Source: Chiloscyllium plagiosum
Taxonomy: Eukaryota
Assembly: GCF_004010195.1 (NCBI RefSeq)
Contig: NC_057719.1
Location: forward strand, 72,367,961 to 72,431,960
DNA length: 64,000 nt
Direction of reading: 5' to 3'
Shown here: positions 13,202-25,120 of the stretch, piece after piece
How positions within the stretch are numbered: position 1 is the stretch's first letter
How the letters are laid out: each line of letters starts with the position of its first letter
Notes under the pieces: generated by a model
Seen by the model: only the letters and a program-made list of their open reading frames with translations
Told to the model about the DNA's origin: nothing
Database searches by the model: none
Program-made: the position numbers and the translations under genes

Positions 13202-13395
13202 ATTAGAATGGAAGACAATTTGTAGCTTGAGGGCACCACTTTGCAAGCATGGGATAATATTATAGCAACTTGTCTGTTTTTATATTCACCTTGTTGTCCA
13301 CACGACCTGTTTGAAAATTCAAAACGGTCTGGAGTTTTAAAAGAAGTGCTGGAGCAGAAAAGAATGTTCACAAAGTTTGTTTGTTCATTTTCTAG

Positions 13396-13461
13396 GCTAT
13401 TGTCTTTGTTGTTGGAGGTGGGAACTATATTGAATATCAGAACCTTGTTGACTACACAAAG
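13396..13461 (+). CDS. SCFD1: SCFD1 (Sly1) antepenultimate coding exon, AIVFVVGGGNYIEYQNLVDYTK; upstream exons lie outside the window
   Basis: Flanked by ttcattttctag| and |gtaagg; 66 nt, phase 0-0. The translation matches the C-terminal Sly1 motif recalled for human SCFD1 (AIVFVVGGGNYIEYQNLVDYIK). Confidence 0.96.
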
Positions 13462-14173
13462 GTAAGGTGACATTTAATATTGAAACATGTTCAATGTATT
13501 CATAAGACATGTCATCAGGAGAGATTCACTTTATAGCATGTTGCACTAAACTGGAAATCAGCAAACAGGTATTTTCAAGAAAGGTAATGAAACAAATCTG
13601 AGTGCTTAGATTGTTTTGACTTGCATTGGCCACCTGCAAAATAATCGTTCGAGACAAAGTTGAGTATCTAAATTAAAGTAGCCGAGTCAATGGTGGCTCC
13701 TGTTATTTCAGAAGGTGTAAATTCTGCCTGACCAACCTTGTTGACTATTTTGGGGAACTGGGAATCCATTAGAAAACCCAATTTTCTGATTCAGTATGTG
13801 GATGTACCTACTAGAGAAGGTGCAAAACTTGACCTACTCTTGGGAAATAAGGCAGAGCAGGTGACTGACGTGTCAGTGGGGGAGCACTTTGGGGCCAGCG
13901 ACCATAATTCTATTCGTTTTAAAATAGTGATGGAAAAGAATAGACCAGATCTAAAAGTTGAAGTTCTAAATTGGAGAAAAGCCAATTTTGAGGGTATTAG
14001 GCAAGAACTTTCAAAAACTGATTGGAGGCAGATGTTCGCAGGTAAAGGGACGGCTGGAAAATGGGAAGCCTTCAGAAATGAAATAACAAGAATCCAGAGA
14101 AAGTATATTCCTGTCAGGGTGAAAGGAAAGGCTGGTAGGTATAGGGAATGCTGGATGACTAAAGAAATTGAGG

Positions 14174-14259
14174 TTCTGGATTAGTGGTGCTGGAAGAGCA
14201 CAGCAGTTCAGGCAGCATCCAAGGAGCAGCGAAATCGACATTTCGGGCAAAAGCCCTTC
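14174..14259 (-). mobile_element. Short Penelope-like pLTR fragment inserted in CR1, with TSD
   Basis: Interrupts aaagaaattgagggtttgg; AAATTGAGG is duplicated at 14165-14173 and 14260-14268. Confidence 0.75.
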
Positions 14260-15161
14260 AAATTGAGGGTTTGGTTAAGAAAAAGATGGAAGCATATGTC
14301 AGGATCAGATAGGATAGATCGAGTGAATCCTTAGAAGATTATAAAGAAAGTATACTTAAGAGGGAAATCAGGAGAGCAAAACGGGGACATGAGATAGCTT
14401 TGGCAAATAGAATTAAGGAGAATCCAAAGGGTTTTTACAAATACATTAAGGACAAAAGGGTAACTAGGGAGAGAATAGGGCCTCTCAATGATCAGTAAGG
14501 CGGCCTTTGTGTGGAGCCACAGAAAATGGGCGAGATACTAAATGAATATTTTGCATCAGTATTTACTGTGGAAAAGGATATGGAAGATATAGATTGTAGG
14601 GAAATAGATGGTGACATCTTGCGAAATGTCCATATTACAGAGGAGGAAGTGCTGGATGCCTTGAAACGATTAAAGATGGATAAATCCCCAGGACCTGATC
14701 AGGTGTACCCGAGAACTCTGTGGGAAGCTAGAGATGTGATTCCTGGGCCTCTTGCTAAGATATTTGTATCATCGATAGTCACAGGTGAGGTGCCGGAAGA
14801 CTGGAGGTTGGCAAACGTGGTGCCACTGTTTAAGAAGGGCGGTAAAGATAAGCCAGGGAACTATAGACTGGTGAGCCTGACCTTGGTGGTGGACAAGTTG
14901 TTGGAGGGAATCCTGAGGGACAGGATGTACATGTATTTGGAAAGGCAAAGACTGATTCGGGATAGTTAACATGGCTTTGTGCACGGGAAATCATGTCTTA
15001 CAATTGATTGAGTTTTTTGAAGAAGTAACAAAGAAGATTGATGAGGGCAGAGCAGTAGATGTGATCTATGTGGACTTCAGTAAGGCATTTGATAAGGTTC
15101 CCCATGGGAGACTGATTAGCAAGGTTAGATCTCATGGAATACAGGGAGAACTAGCCATTTG

Positions 15162-15489
15162 NNNNNNNNNNNNNNNNNNNNNNNNNNNNNNNNNNNNNNN
15201 NNNNNNNNNNNNNNNNNNNNNNNNNNNNNNNNNNNNNNNNNNNNNNNNNNNNNNNNNNNNNNNNNNNNNNNNNNNNNNNNNNNNNNNNNNNNNNNNNNNN
15301 NNNNNNNNNNNNNNNNNNNNNNNNNNNNNNNNNNNNNNNNNNNNNNNNNNNNNNNNNNNNNNNNNNNNNNNNNNNNNNNNNNNNNNNNNNNNNNNNNNNN
15401 NNNNNNNNNNNNNNNNNNNNNNNNNNNNNNNNNNNNNNNNNNNNNNNNNNNNNNNNNNNNNNNNNNNNNNNNNNNNNNNNNNNNNNNNN
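15162..15489. other. Assembly gap (328 N)
   Basis: Run of N. Confidence 1.
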
Positions 15490-16409
15490 TATTGCGTGCA
15501 GTTCTGGTCTCCTTCCTATCGGAAAGATGTTGTGAAACATGAAAGGGTTCAGAAAAGATTTACAAGGATATTGCCAGGGTTGGAGGATTTGAGCTATAGG
15601 GAGAGGCTGAACAGGCTGGGACTGTTTTCCCTGGAGTGTCAGAGGCTGAGGGGTGGCCTTAAAGAGGTTTACAAAATTATGAGGGGCATGGATAGGATAA
15701 ATAGGCAAAGTCTTTTCCTTGGGTTCAGGGAGTCCAGAACTAGAAGGCATAGGTTTAGGGTGAGAGGGGAAAGATATAAAGAGACCTAAGGGACAACTTT
15801 TTCACGCACAGGGTGGTACGTGTATGGAATGACCTGCCAGAGGATGTGGTGGAGGCTGGTACAATTGTAACATTTAAGAGGCATTTGGATGGGTATATGA
15901 ATAGGAAGAGTTTGGAGGGATATGGGCCGGGTGCTGGCAGGTGGGACTACATTGGGTTGGGATATATGGTCGGCATGGTCGGGTTGGACCGAAGGGTCTG
16001 TTTCCGTGCTGTACATCTCTGTGACTCTATGACTCTACTGCACATGGGACATGAGCAGCACATGAACCGAGTGGTCTGTTTCCATTCTGTACATTCTATG
16101 TAATTCTGTGTAAAGTACATAAACTCCCGAGAAATGTTGCACACAAGCTCAAATTATTAGAATTCCTCATAAAATCTTGAAACTTTTGAAGAAATCGTTC
16201 AAAAGACATGAATAACATTGTAGGGGTTAGGGAGAACTACAAGTTGTGGCAGTATTTTGAAAAAAGTGTCACCACAATCAGCAAAATGTGTTCCTTCTGC
16301 TCCTAATCTATATAACTCACCTAAATTTAGAGCACAGTGGGCAGATTTTCACATGATACTCAATGGAGACATTGATGTCAAAGAAAGCAGCTAAGATTTT
16401 TTCCTTCAT

Positions 16410-18100
16410 TCATGGGGTGTGGACTTGCCTGGTTGGCATGACATTTATTTCCCATCCCTAATTGGCATTGAGAAGGTGATGGTGAACAGCTTCAGACTAT
16501 GTAATGTAGGTACACCCACAGAGCTGCTAGGAAGGCGGTCCATGATATTGACTGAGCAACGTTGAAGGAATGGCAATATATAGTTTCAAGTTAGGGTGTT
16601 GTGTCGTTGGTAGGGAAAATTGCTGGAGCTGGTACCTCAAAAGGGAACTTCAAGGATCACAGTGTTATGGTGCAGAAGGCCATTCAGCCCATTTGTCTGC
16701 TCCGGATCCGCAAGTGAACTCCTGCCTTTTTCTTTGCACATTATTTCTATCCAAATAAACATTCAATATCTTCATGAATGCCTCAGTTGAACTTACCTCC
16801 ACTACACTTCTAGGCAGTGCATTCTAGCCCCTAACTGCTCACTGTATAAAAAACTTTCCTCTCATCACATTTGCTCCTTTGACAAATCATTGTAAATCTG
16901 TAGGGGGCTTATAAATTCTGGTATCTCAGAGGTAAACTTGCAGGTTCTGATAATCCAATGCATCTGCTGCTCGTATTCTTCTAGATAATGAGGTCATGGC
17001 TTTAGAAGGTCATACCTCAGGAAACTTGATGAGTTATTGGAGTGCATCTTGTAGGAGAACATTCAACTTCTTAAATGTTGCTGGAGTTGCACTCATCCAA
17101 GCAAATGGAGAATGTTACATCACGCTCCTGACTTGTAGATGCTGTTCCAGCTGTGAGGAGACAAAAAATGAATTTCTCTGCACAGAACTCCTTGCCTTAA
17201 CTTTTTTCTTGCAACCACGATATTTGGCTGGCTGGTGTGATTCTATTTCTGATTGATAGTAACCTCAAGATGTTGATAATGAGGGATTCAACAATGGTAA
17301 TTTCATTGAATGTAAAATTATGATGGTTTCATCCTCTCTTGTTTGAGATGATCATTGCCTGGCATTTATGTAGTGTGAAAGTTACTTTTGATTTAGCAGC
17401 CCAAGCTTGCATGTCATTCAGGTCTTGCTGCTTTTGAAGTACTTTGCCTCATTATCTGAGGAGTAATAAATAGTACTGAACATTCCCAACTCTAACCTGG
17501 TGATGGAGAGGTGGCCATTGTTGAAGCAACTGAAGATGCTTAGGATTAAGATACTACTCTGATGAACTCCTTTAGTGAGGCCCTTTGGCTAAGTTAATAG
17601 ACCTCAAACAGTCGCAACCAGCTTCATTCATGCAAATATGACTCCAGCCAATGGAGAGTTTTCCCCAATTCCCATTAATGCAAATTTTCATCGGGTTGCT
17701 TCTGCCAAACTCAGTCAAATGATGCCTGGTGTCAAAGGCAGCCACCTTCACTTCGACACTTGGCTCAGCTCTTTTAGCCAGTGGTGGACCTGGCAGAACC
17801 CAAACTGAACCTCAGTGAGCTGGTTATTGGTGAGTATTTTCTGTTTGATGAACTGTTAACAACTTCCCTTACATTTCTGATGAGTGAAAATAAACTGGTT
17901 GCAATTGGCTGAGTTAGAGTTGGCCTGCCTGTTTGTAGACAGGGCAAATCTGGGCTGATGTCTGCATTTAGATAGATGCCAATGTTGTAACTACTGGAAC
18001 AACTTAGCTAGAATGCAGCGAGTTCTAAAGCATGACTGTAATACTATTGCTGAAATGTTGTCAGGGTTCATAGTCTTTGCAATATCCAGTGCCTTGAGCA
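16410..18100 (-). mobile_element. Old L2/CR1-group LINE remnants (composite)
   Basis: Shares long degenerate blocks with 5760-7745 (atttattkcccatccctaatt; cagcccaagc...aggtcttgctgc; tgaagcarctgaagatg). Confidence 0.6.
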
Positions 18101-18162
18101 GTTTGTAGAAGAAACTTGACAATATTTGCAAATAGACAAAAGCGTGACACCAGACTCTTCTC

Positions 18163-20525
18163 CCGTTCACTCACCGAGTATCACCCTCAGCCCCAGTTCA
18201 CTCACCGAGCATCACCCTCAGCCCCAAGTCACTCACTGAGCAATACCCTCAGCCCCAGTTCACTCACTGAACAATACCCTCAGCCCTAAATCACCCACTG
18301 AGCAACACCCACAGCCCCAACTCACTCACCAAGCATCACCATCAGCCCCAATTCACTCACCGAGCATCACCCTCAGACCTAATTCACTCACCAAGCATCG
18401 CCGTCAGTCCCAATTCACTCACCGGGCATCACCCTCAGCCCCAGTTCACTCACCAAGCCACACCCTCAGCCGCAGTTCACTCACCGAGCATCACCCTCAG
18501 ACCCAATTCAGTCACCAAGCATCGCCATCAGTCCCAATTCACTCACCGAGCAACACCCTCAGCCCCAGTTCACTCACCGAGCATCGCCCTCAGACCCAAT
18601 TCACTCACCGAGCATCGCCCTCAGCCCCAGTTCACTCACCGAGCATCGCCCTCAGACCCAATTCACTCACCGAGCATCGCCCTCAGACCCAATTCACTCA
18701 CCAAGCAACACCCTCAGCCCCAGTTCACTCACCGAGCATCGCCCTCAGACCCAATTCACTCACCAAGCAACACCCTCAGCCCCAGTTCAGTCACTGAGCA
18801 ATACCCTCAGCCCCACATCACTCACCGAGCATCACCGACAGCCCAAATTCACTCACCGAGCATCACCGTCGGCCCAAATTCACTCACCGAGGAACACACT
18901 CAGCCCCAAATCACTCACCGAGCACCACCGACAGACCAAATTCAGTCACCAAGCATCACTGTCAGCCCAAATTCACTCACCGAGCATCACCGTCAGCCCA
19001 AATTCATTCACCGAACATCACCCTCAGCCCCGATTCACTCACCGAGCTACACCCTCAGCCCCGATTCACTCACCGAGCAATACCGTCAGCCCCAAGTCAC
19101 TCACCGAGCAACACCATCAGCCCCAGTTCACTCACCGGGCATCACCCTCAGCCCAAATTCACTCACCGAGCGTCACCCTCAGCCCCAATTCACTCACTGA
19201 GCATCACCCTCAGCCCCAATTCAATCACCGAGCATCACCCTCAGCCCAAATTCACTCACCGAGTTTCACGCTCAGCCCCAATTCACTCACTGAGCATCAC
19301 CCTCAGCCCCAATTCACTCACTGAGCATCACCCTCAGCCCCAATTCACTCACCGAGCATCACCCTCAGCCCCAATTCACTCACCAAGTATCACCCCCAGC
19401 CCCAGTTCACTCATCGAGCATCACCGTCAGCCCCAAATCACTCACCGAGCATCACCCTCAGCCCAAATTCACTCACCGAGCATCACCCTCAGCCCCAATT
19501 CACTCACCGAGTATCACCCACAGCCCCAGTTCACTCACCGAGCATCACCGTCAGCCCCAATTCACTCACCGAGCATCACCCTCAGCCCCAATTCACTCAC
19601 CGAGCAATACCCTCAGTCCCAATTCACTCAGCGAGCATCACCCTCAGCCCCAAAGCACTCACCGAGCAACAGCTTCTGCCCCAGTTCAACCACGGAGCAT
19701 CATTCTGAGCCCCAATTCACTCACCGAGCAATACCCTCAGCCCCTGTTCACTCACTGAGCATTACCCACAGTCCCAATTCACTCACCGAGCATCACCCTC
19801 AGCCCCAATTCACTCACCGAGCATCACCCTCAGCCCCAATTCACTCACCGAGCATCACACTCAGCCCCAATTCACTCACTGAGCATCACCCTCAGCCCCA
19901 ATTCACTCACCGAGCATCACCCTCAGCCCCAATTCACTCACCGAGCATCACCCTCAGCCCCAATTCACTCACCGAGCATCACACTCAGCCCCAATTCACT
20001 CACCGAGCATCACCCTCAGCCCCAATTCACTCACCGAGCATCACCCTCAGCCCCAATTCACTCACCGAGCAACACCCTCAGCCACAATTAACTCACCGAG
20101 CATCATTCTCAGCCCCAATTAACTCATCGAGCAGCACCCTCAGTCCCAATTCACTCACCAAGCATCACCCACAGCCCCAATTCTCTCACCGAGCATCACC
20201 CTCTGCCCCAATTCTCTCACCGAGCATCACCCACAGCCCCAATTCACTCGCCGAGCATCACCATCAGGCCTAATTCACTCACCGAGCATCACCCTCTGCC
20301 CCAATTCACTCACCGAACATCACTCTCAGCCCCAATTCACTCACCGACCAACACCCTCAGCCCCAATTAACTCACCGAGCATCACCCTCTGTCCCAATTC
20401 ACTCAGCGAGCATCACCATCAGTCCCAATGCACTCACTTAGCATCATCGTCAGCCCCAGTTCACTCACCGAGCAACACCCTCATCCCCAATTAATTCACC
20501 AAACTCCACGCTCTACCCAACTCAC
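18163..20525. repeat. 31-bp minisatellite, roughly 76 units, consensus ATTCACTCACCGAGCATCACCCTCAGCCCCA
   Basis: Period of 31 read directly (e.g. 19921-19982); strongly C-rich on +; lies inside SCFD1 intron 13462-26332. Confidence 0.97.
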
Positions 20526-21002
20526 TTGTTGACTACCACCATTGAGCCAGACACTTGCAGCTTCAACCCCATCCCAGCTTCCTGCTCAATTAACCTTGTT
20601 GCTTCTCCAATCTCATGTTCTGCCTCTTGAGTGAGGGTATTTCAAATACACAGTGATTTTTCTCTGGTTGTCTCTGCAATTGGATTTTCCAACATATTGT
20701 GCGCTTTTGAGGGTGAAGTTGCTCGCCATCCTCCTTTGTGAATGCTTTCAGATAGGATACAGGGAGTTACAGTGCTTAAAGGTTACAGTACAGAAATGAG
20801 CCACTCTTTCGGCAGAATAGGAGCATGTAGAGTAAAAAAAAGTACTCATCCACCCCATCCCACCCAACATGTTTGTAATGCAAAAATTTCTGAAACTATA
20901 ATTTGTAATGAATGTATTGGGCACTTAGAGTTTTGCACTTCCTTCGATCCCCAATGAGATTTTTCCAAGCTAAAATAAATCCAATATTGAGGGAACTAAG
21001 AA

Positions 21003-21365
21003 GGTGTGATCATAATGTCACTGGACTAGTAATACAGCGCCCCAAATAATACTCTGGTTTAAATCTCACAACAGCAATTGTTGGAAATCACTGAATAAAC
21101 TTGAAATTTAAAGCTAGTCTGAAAACATCTATGAAGACATTACTAGTTGTCATTAGAAAGCAACTGGTTTACTACTGCCCTTCAAAGAAGGGAATGTGCC
21201 ATCCCTCCCTGATCTGTTCTACAGTCAGTCTAGACCCACAGCAATACAGAGGACTTTTAATCGCCCTCTGAAATAGCCCGAGCAAACCTTTCAGTTTAAG
21301 GACTATTAGGGATAGACAACACATGCCGGTCTAACTGGTAACATTGATATCCAATGAAAGAAAGT
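21003..21365 (+). mobile_element. Old SINE-like element related to the 5' end and 3' tail of the L2-like LINE
   Basis: Similar to 40020-40430 in its first ~280 nt and to the LINE tails at ~46975 and ~57400 at its end; a further partial copy at ~7760-7975. Confidence 0.55.
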
Positions 21366-21882
21366 ATTAAGAAAAAGGATAAGCAAGAAAGTGGCAAAAT
21401 AAATTAACTCAGGAAAAGTATGAGGTAATTCATTTAAGAAGAGTGAAAAAGGAAAGGGAATTCTCTGAATAAATGATGGCAATCTCAGAAATCTAGAACA
21501 GAAGGACCTTAAAATGAATGTCCACAGATTTCTGAAACTAGTAGAGCAAAAGGTTAAGATGCTGAGAAGGCACACAGGGAACATTTCTTTGCCTCACTTA
21601 ATTAAGATAGGAGCAGTGAATTTATTCTAGAACTATAAAGTGCAAGTTAGGCCACAGTTAAAGCACTACATAGTATTCAGGCCACCTTGTTACCGGAAGA
21701 ATGTGATCGTTGCACTAAAGACAGATCAGAGGAGATTAACTAGAAAAGTTTCGCTATGTTGCAAGATAACAAGACTGGCTTGTTATCTGTGGAACAGAAG
21801 AGGCTGGAGGAGATTTAATTGAGGTTTACAAAATCTCCAGGGGCGAAGGTAGAATGGAAAACAATGACCCTTTCCCTTGGTA

Positions 21883-22233
21883 TTTAGAATTAGAATTAGA
21901 ATCCCTACAATGTGGAAACAGGCCCTTTGGCCCGACTAGTCCACACCGATCCTCCGAAGAGTAATCCGCCCAGACCCAATCCCCTATATTTGCCCCTGAC
22001 TAATATGCCTAACCTACACATCCCTGAAATGTTTGGGCAATTTAGCATGGCCAATTCACCCTAACCTGTACATCTTTGGACTTTGGGAGGAAACCGGAGC
22101 ATCCGGAGGAAATCCACGCAGACACAGGGAGAACGTGCAAACTCCACACAGACAATCGCCCAGGGCTGGAATTGAACCCAGGTCCCTGGCACCGTGAGGC
22201 AACAGTGCTATCCACTGAGCCACTGTGCTGCCC
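21883..22233 (-). mobile_element. HE1-type SINE, full length
   Basis: (TAGAAT)n tail on +, reverse-complemented HE1 body, ends cactgtgctgccc. Confidence 0.92.
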
Positions 22234-22309
22234 CTTCTTCATTTTTCTCACACTGACGAGAGTATTACCATTGACACCTTGGGATATTTACACAGGTATT
22301 TGCATAGAA

Positions 22310-22643
22310 ACCCTCCTGTCTGGAAACAGGTAATTTGGCCCAACAAGTCCACACCGACCCTGTGAAGAATATCCCACCCAGACCCATTCCCCTTCCATTC
22401 CACATTTACCTCTGATTAATACAGTTAACCTACACATCCCAAAACACTGTGGGCAATTTAGCATGGGCAATTCACCTAATCTGCACGTCTTTGGATTGTG
22501 GAAGGAAACTGGAACACCTGGAGGAAACCCACACAGACATGGAGAGAATGTGCAGACTCCACACAGCCACCTGAGGCTGAAATTGAACCCAGGTCCCTGG
22601 CGCTGTGAGGCAGTGGTGCTAACCACTGAGCCACTGTGCCGCC
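22310..22643 (-). mobile_element. HE1-type SINE
   Basis: Second copy in the same orientation ~80 bp away; ends ccactgtgccgcc. Confidence 0.9.
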
Positions 22644-23267
22644 AGTAATCAGGCAGTGTACTTTGAGGGGAGTTGAGACTCAGAGATTGACAGCCTGAAG
22701 TTTTACTGCTCATTGGCATAACCATGTCCTTTTTGCAATGCAAACCTGCAAGGCTATGGACCAGGAGCTGGAAAGTGAGATTAGGCTGGATAGTTTATAT
22801 TTAGTTGTCGCCATTGGGAAGTTTGTCCAGGTTGAATTCCCTGCTAGTAAAATTACGAAGTGAACTACATTTAATTTTCAAGAAAGACAGAGGGGAAAGA
22901 TAGTCCTTCTGTTTAAAATATGAAGCCTTGGGCAAAGCAGAAAACATGAGGTCATAGAGATCATATTTTGAATTACCTTTGCGCAAGTACCACCAAATTA
23001 ACTGGGTTTAAGTTTATTATTTTAATATTCTTCTTCCTTTTGTCATGACACATCAGTTAATGTAACATTAAAATATTACCATTTAAAAACAAACTACTTA
23101 AATATCTGGTTAAGGATCTGACTTAAGACAATACCAGTACAGATATAAGCAGTGACAGACAACAATGATTCCTACACTGGTGGCGTATTGATTCAGTATA
23201 GTCAATATCCTGCTTGTCATAAACAGCCAGAACAGCATTTCCTTTCAGCTGTTCACAGCAAGTGAGA

Positions 23268-23810
23268 TTTTGGATTTTCAAAAGACATTGGATAAATGGC
23301 CACACACGAGATTATTGCACAAAATTAGGATTCTTGGGATTGGAGGTAATGATGTCAAGGATTGCTACAAGGACCTTGGCTATTTAAAACATATGTCAAT
23401 GATTTGGATGGGGGAATCAAATGTAAAGTTTGTAGGTTTGTTGATGGTACAAAGTTAGGTGGAAAGTAAGTTGATAGAATGTTGCAAAGAAGCAGCAAAG
23501 TGATCGGGACAGATTTAGTAAGTGAGCAAGAACCTGGCAGCTGAGGTATAACGTGGAGAAACATGAAGTTACATACTTCAATGGGAAGAAAAGAAAGGCA
23601 GATTTTAATTAAATGATGGGAGACTGGGAAATGCTGGAATTCAGAGGAAACTTTTACATGAATCTCAGAAATGTGGCATGGAATATACAACAATTGGGGA
23701 AGCAAAGGATATGTTAGATTGTAGTTCAAGAATAAAGAAGTCATATTGCAATTTTATAGGACTTTGCTGTGACCACACAGGAACATTGGCCCAGATTTTC
23801 TAGTCTATAC
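23268..23810 (+). mobile_element. Degenerate CR1 RT fragment
   Basis: LDFQKTLDKWPHTRLLHKIR, plus a degenerate FADDTK-like region. Confidence 0.65.
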
Positions 23811-24847
23811 TTTGTCAGAGACGTACCATGAAAAAAGTACTTTGAAACATCTCTGAGATCCCAATGCAGTGACTATGCAGTAATCAGGAAGTTTAAAATA
23901 TCAATGGGCAATTGCCTGGTATCTGAAACCCTCTGGAAAATCCCCCTAATTTTAAGTTAGAATTCGAGACATTGGAGCTATTCCAATTCAGTTACATTCA
24001 TAGTTAGCTGTAAAATGTCAGAGGGATTACAATGTGCTATAGTTCCTGACTAACTATGAAAAAGACACAGTCACTCCTACTGAATCCCCACCCCCTTCTT
24101 GGAACCTTCCCAAGCAACACTCATCTCAGTCACATATCCAATCTACAATGATCAATCCTTTTTCCAGGCAGCCCCAAATTGAAAATGGAAACAGAAAAAG
24201 GAAGTAGACAAAGCAAACTGATCTTCATGAACTCTAAGGAAACCAAAACTGAGCCAAAACGCCTTAGCATACTGAAATTGGTTGAGACTATACAAAGAGG
24301 TGCAGAGCTATCCAAGTGGTGTCGTAGAATTATGAGTCCAATGGTGCAGTACAGAAAGATGAAGAAGACTGAGGTTATATCCAGAAGCTGATCACAAACA
24401 AATACAATTTCTACAGCTCTTTTTGTTACTTGAAGATAATATTAGTGACTATATGTTACCCATGCTAAACTTAGGATGTCTTACTGACTGCTATTTTTGT
24501 TGAAGATTTTACCTGTGGAATGTAGGCTACTCTTATGTACTGCTGTTGGCTTAGGACTATACTACATCTTGGAAGGAGAGGAGCTGAAACTGTTTGTGAG
24601 GAAGGAAGAGTTTAAAAGGACTTTAAGACTGAGATTGATGATATTGAATGACATCACCTATATGCTAGTGGACTGCTTCCCTAATTTGCAAAATCGCTCT
24701 TATTTGCTTCTGTTGTTTCATGTGTACATTACAATTGGTAATCAAACACAATTTTCTTGTTGATTCATCTTTAATATTAGTAAAGAGTATGGGTGGTTAG
24801 TTAAGGTAATATTTAATTTGACTATTACAAAAAAAAGTTTAAACTAT

Positions 24848-25120
24848 GGAACCAGAGAACACAGCTTAAAAATACGGGGTAGGCCATTTAGGACAGAGAT
24901 GAGGAGAAACTTCTTCACCCAGAGAGTGGTGGCTGTGTGGAATGCTCTGCCCCAGAAGGCAGTGGAGGCCCAGTCTCTGGATTCGTTTAAGAAAGAGTTG
25001 GATAGTGGAATCAAGGGTTATGGAGATAAGGCAGGAACAGGATACTGATTCAGGATGATCATGATGAATGGTGGTGCAGGCTTGAAGGGCAGAATGGCCT
25101 ACTCCTGCACCTATTGTCTA
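24848..25120 (+). mobile_element. CR1 3' fragment (second subfamily)
   Basis: TREHSLKIRGRPFRTEMRRNFFTQRVVAVWNALP and a gaatggcctactcctgc tail. Confidence 0.85.

Larger units (their letters stand above)
13779..16037 (+). mobile_element. 5'-truncated CR1 (HER1-type) LINE spanning an assembly gap
   Basis: ORFs 13738-14184, 14511-14969 and 14971-15789 closely resemble ORF2 of the 8360-13031 copy; ends in a gtgactctatgactcta tail. Confidence 0.93.

Noticed and set aside
12793..13473. 226-aa minus-strand ORF and overlapping ER/SL-rich ORFs
   Set aside because: Artefacts of the CT microsatellite and CR1 tail; the real coding sequence here is the 66-nt + strand SCFD1 exon.
13734..13747. 14-bp match (AACCTTGTTGACTA) to the SCFD1 exon at 13441-13454
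   Set aside because: The context reads as a decayed CR1 RT motif (CLTNLVDYF), so this is probably coincidence rather than exon duplication.
14971..15789. 272-aa ORF
   Set aside because: CR1 RT read through the N gap.
18163..20525. Array as a CRISPR or a mucin-like coding repeat
   Set aside because: Head-to-tail units with no unique spacers, in a vertebrate intron; the 31-nt period is not a multiple of 3, variant units introduce TGA/TAA, and no start or splice context is evident.
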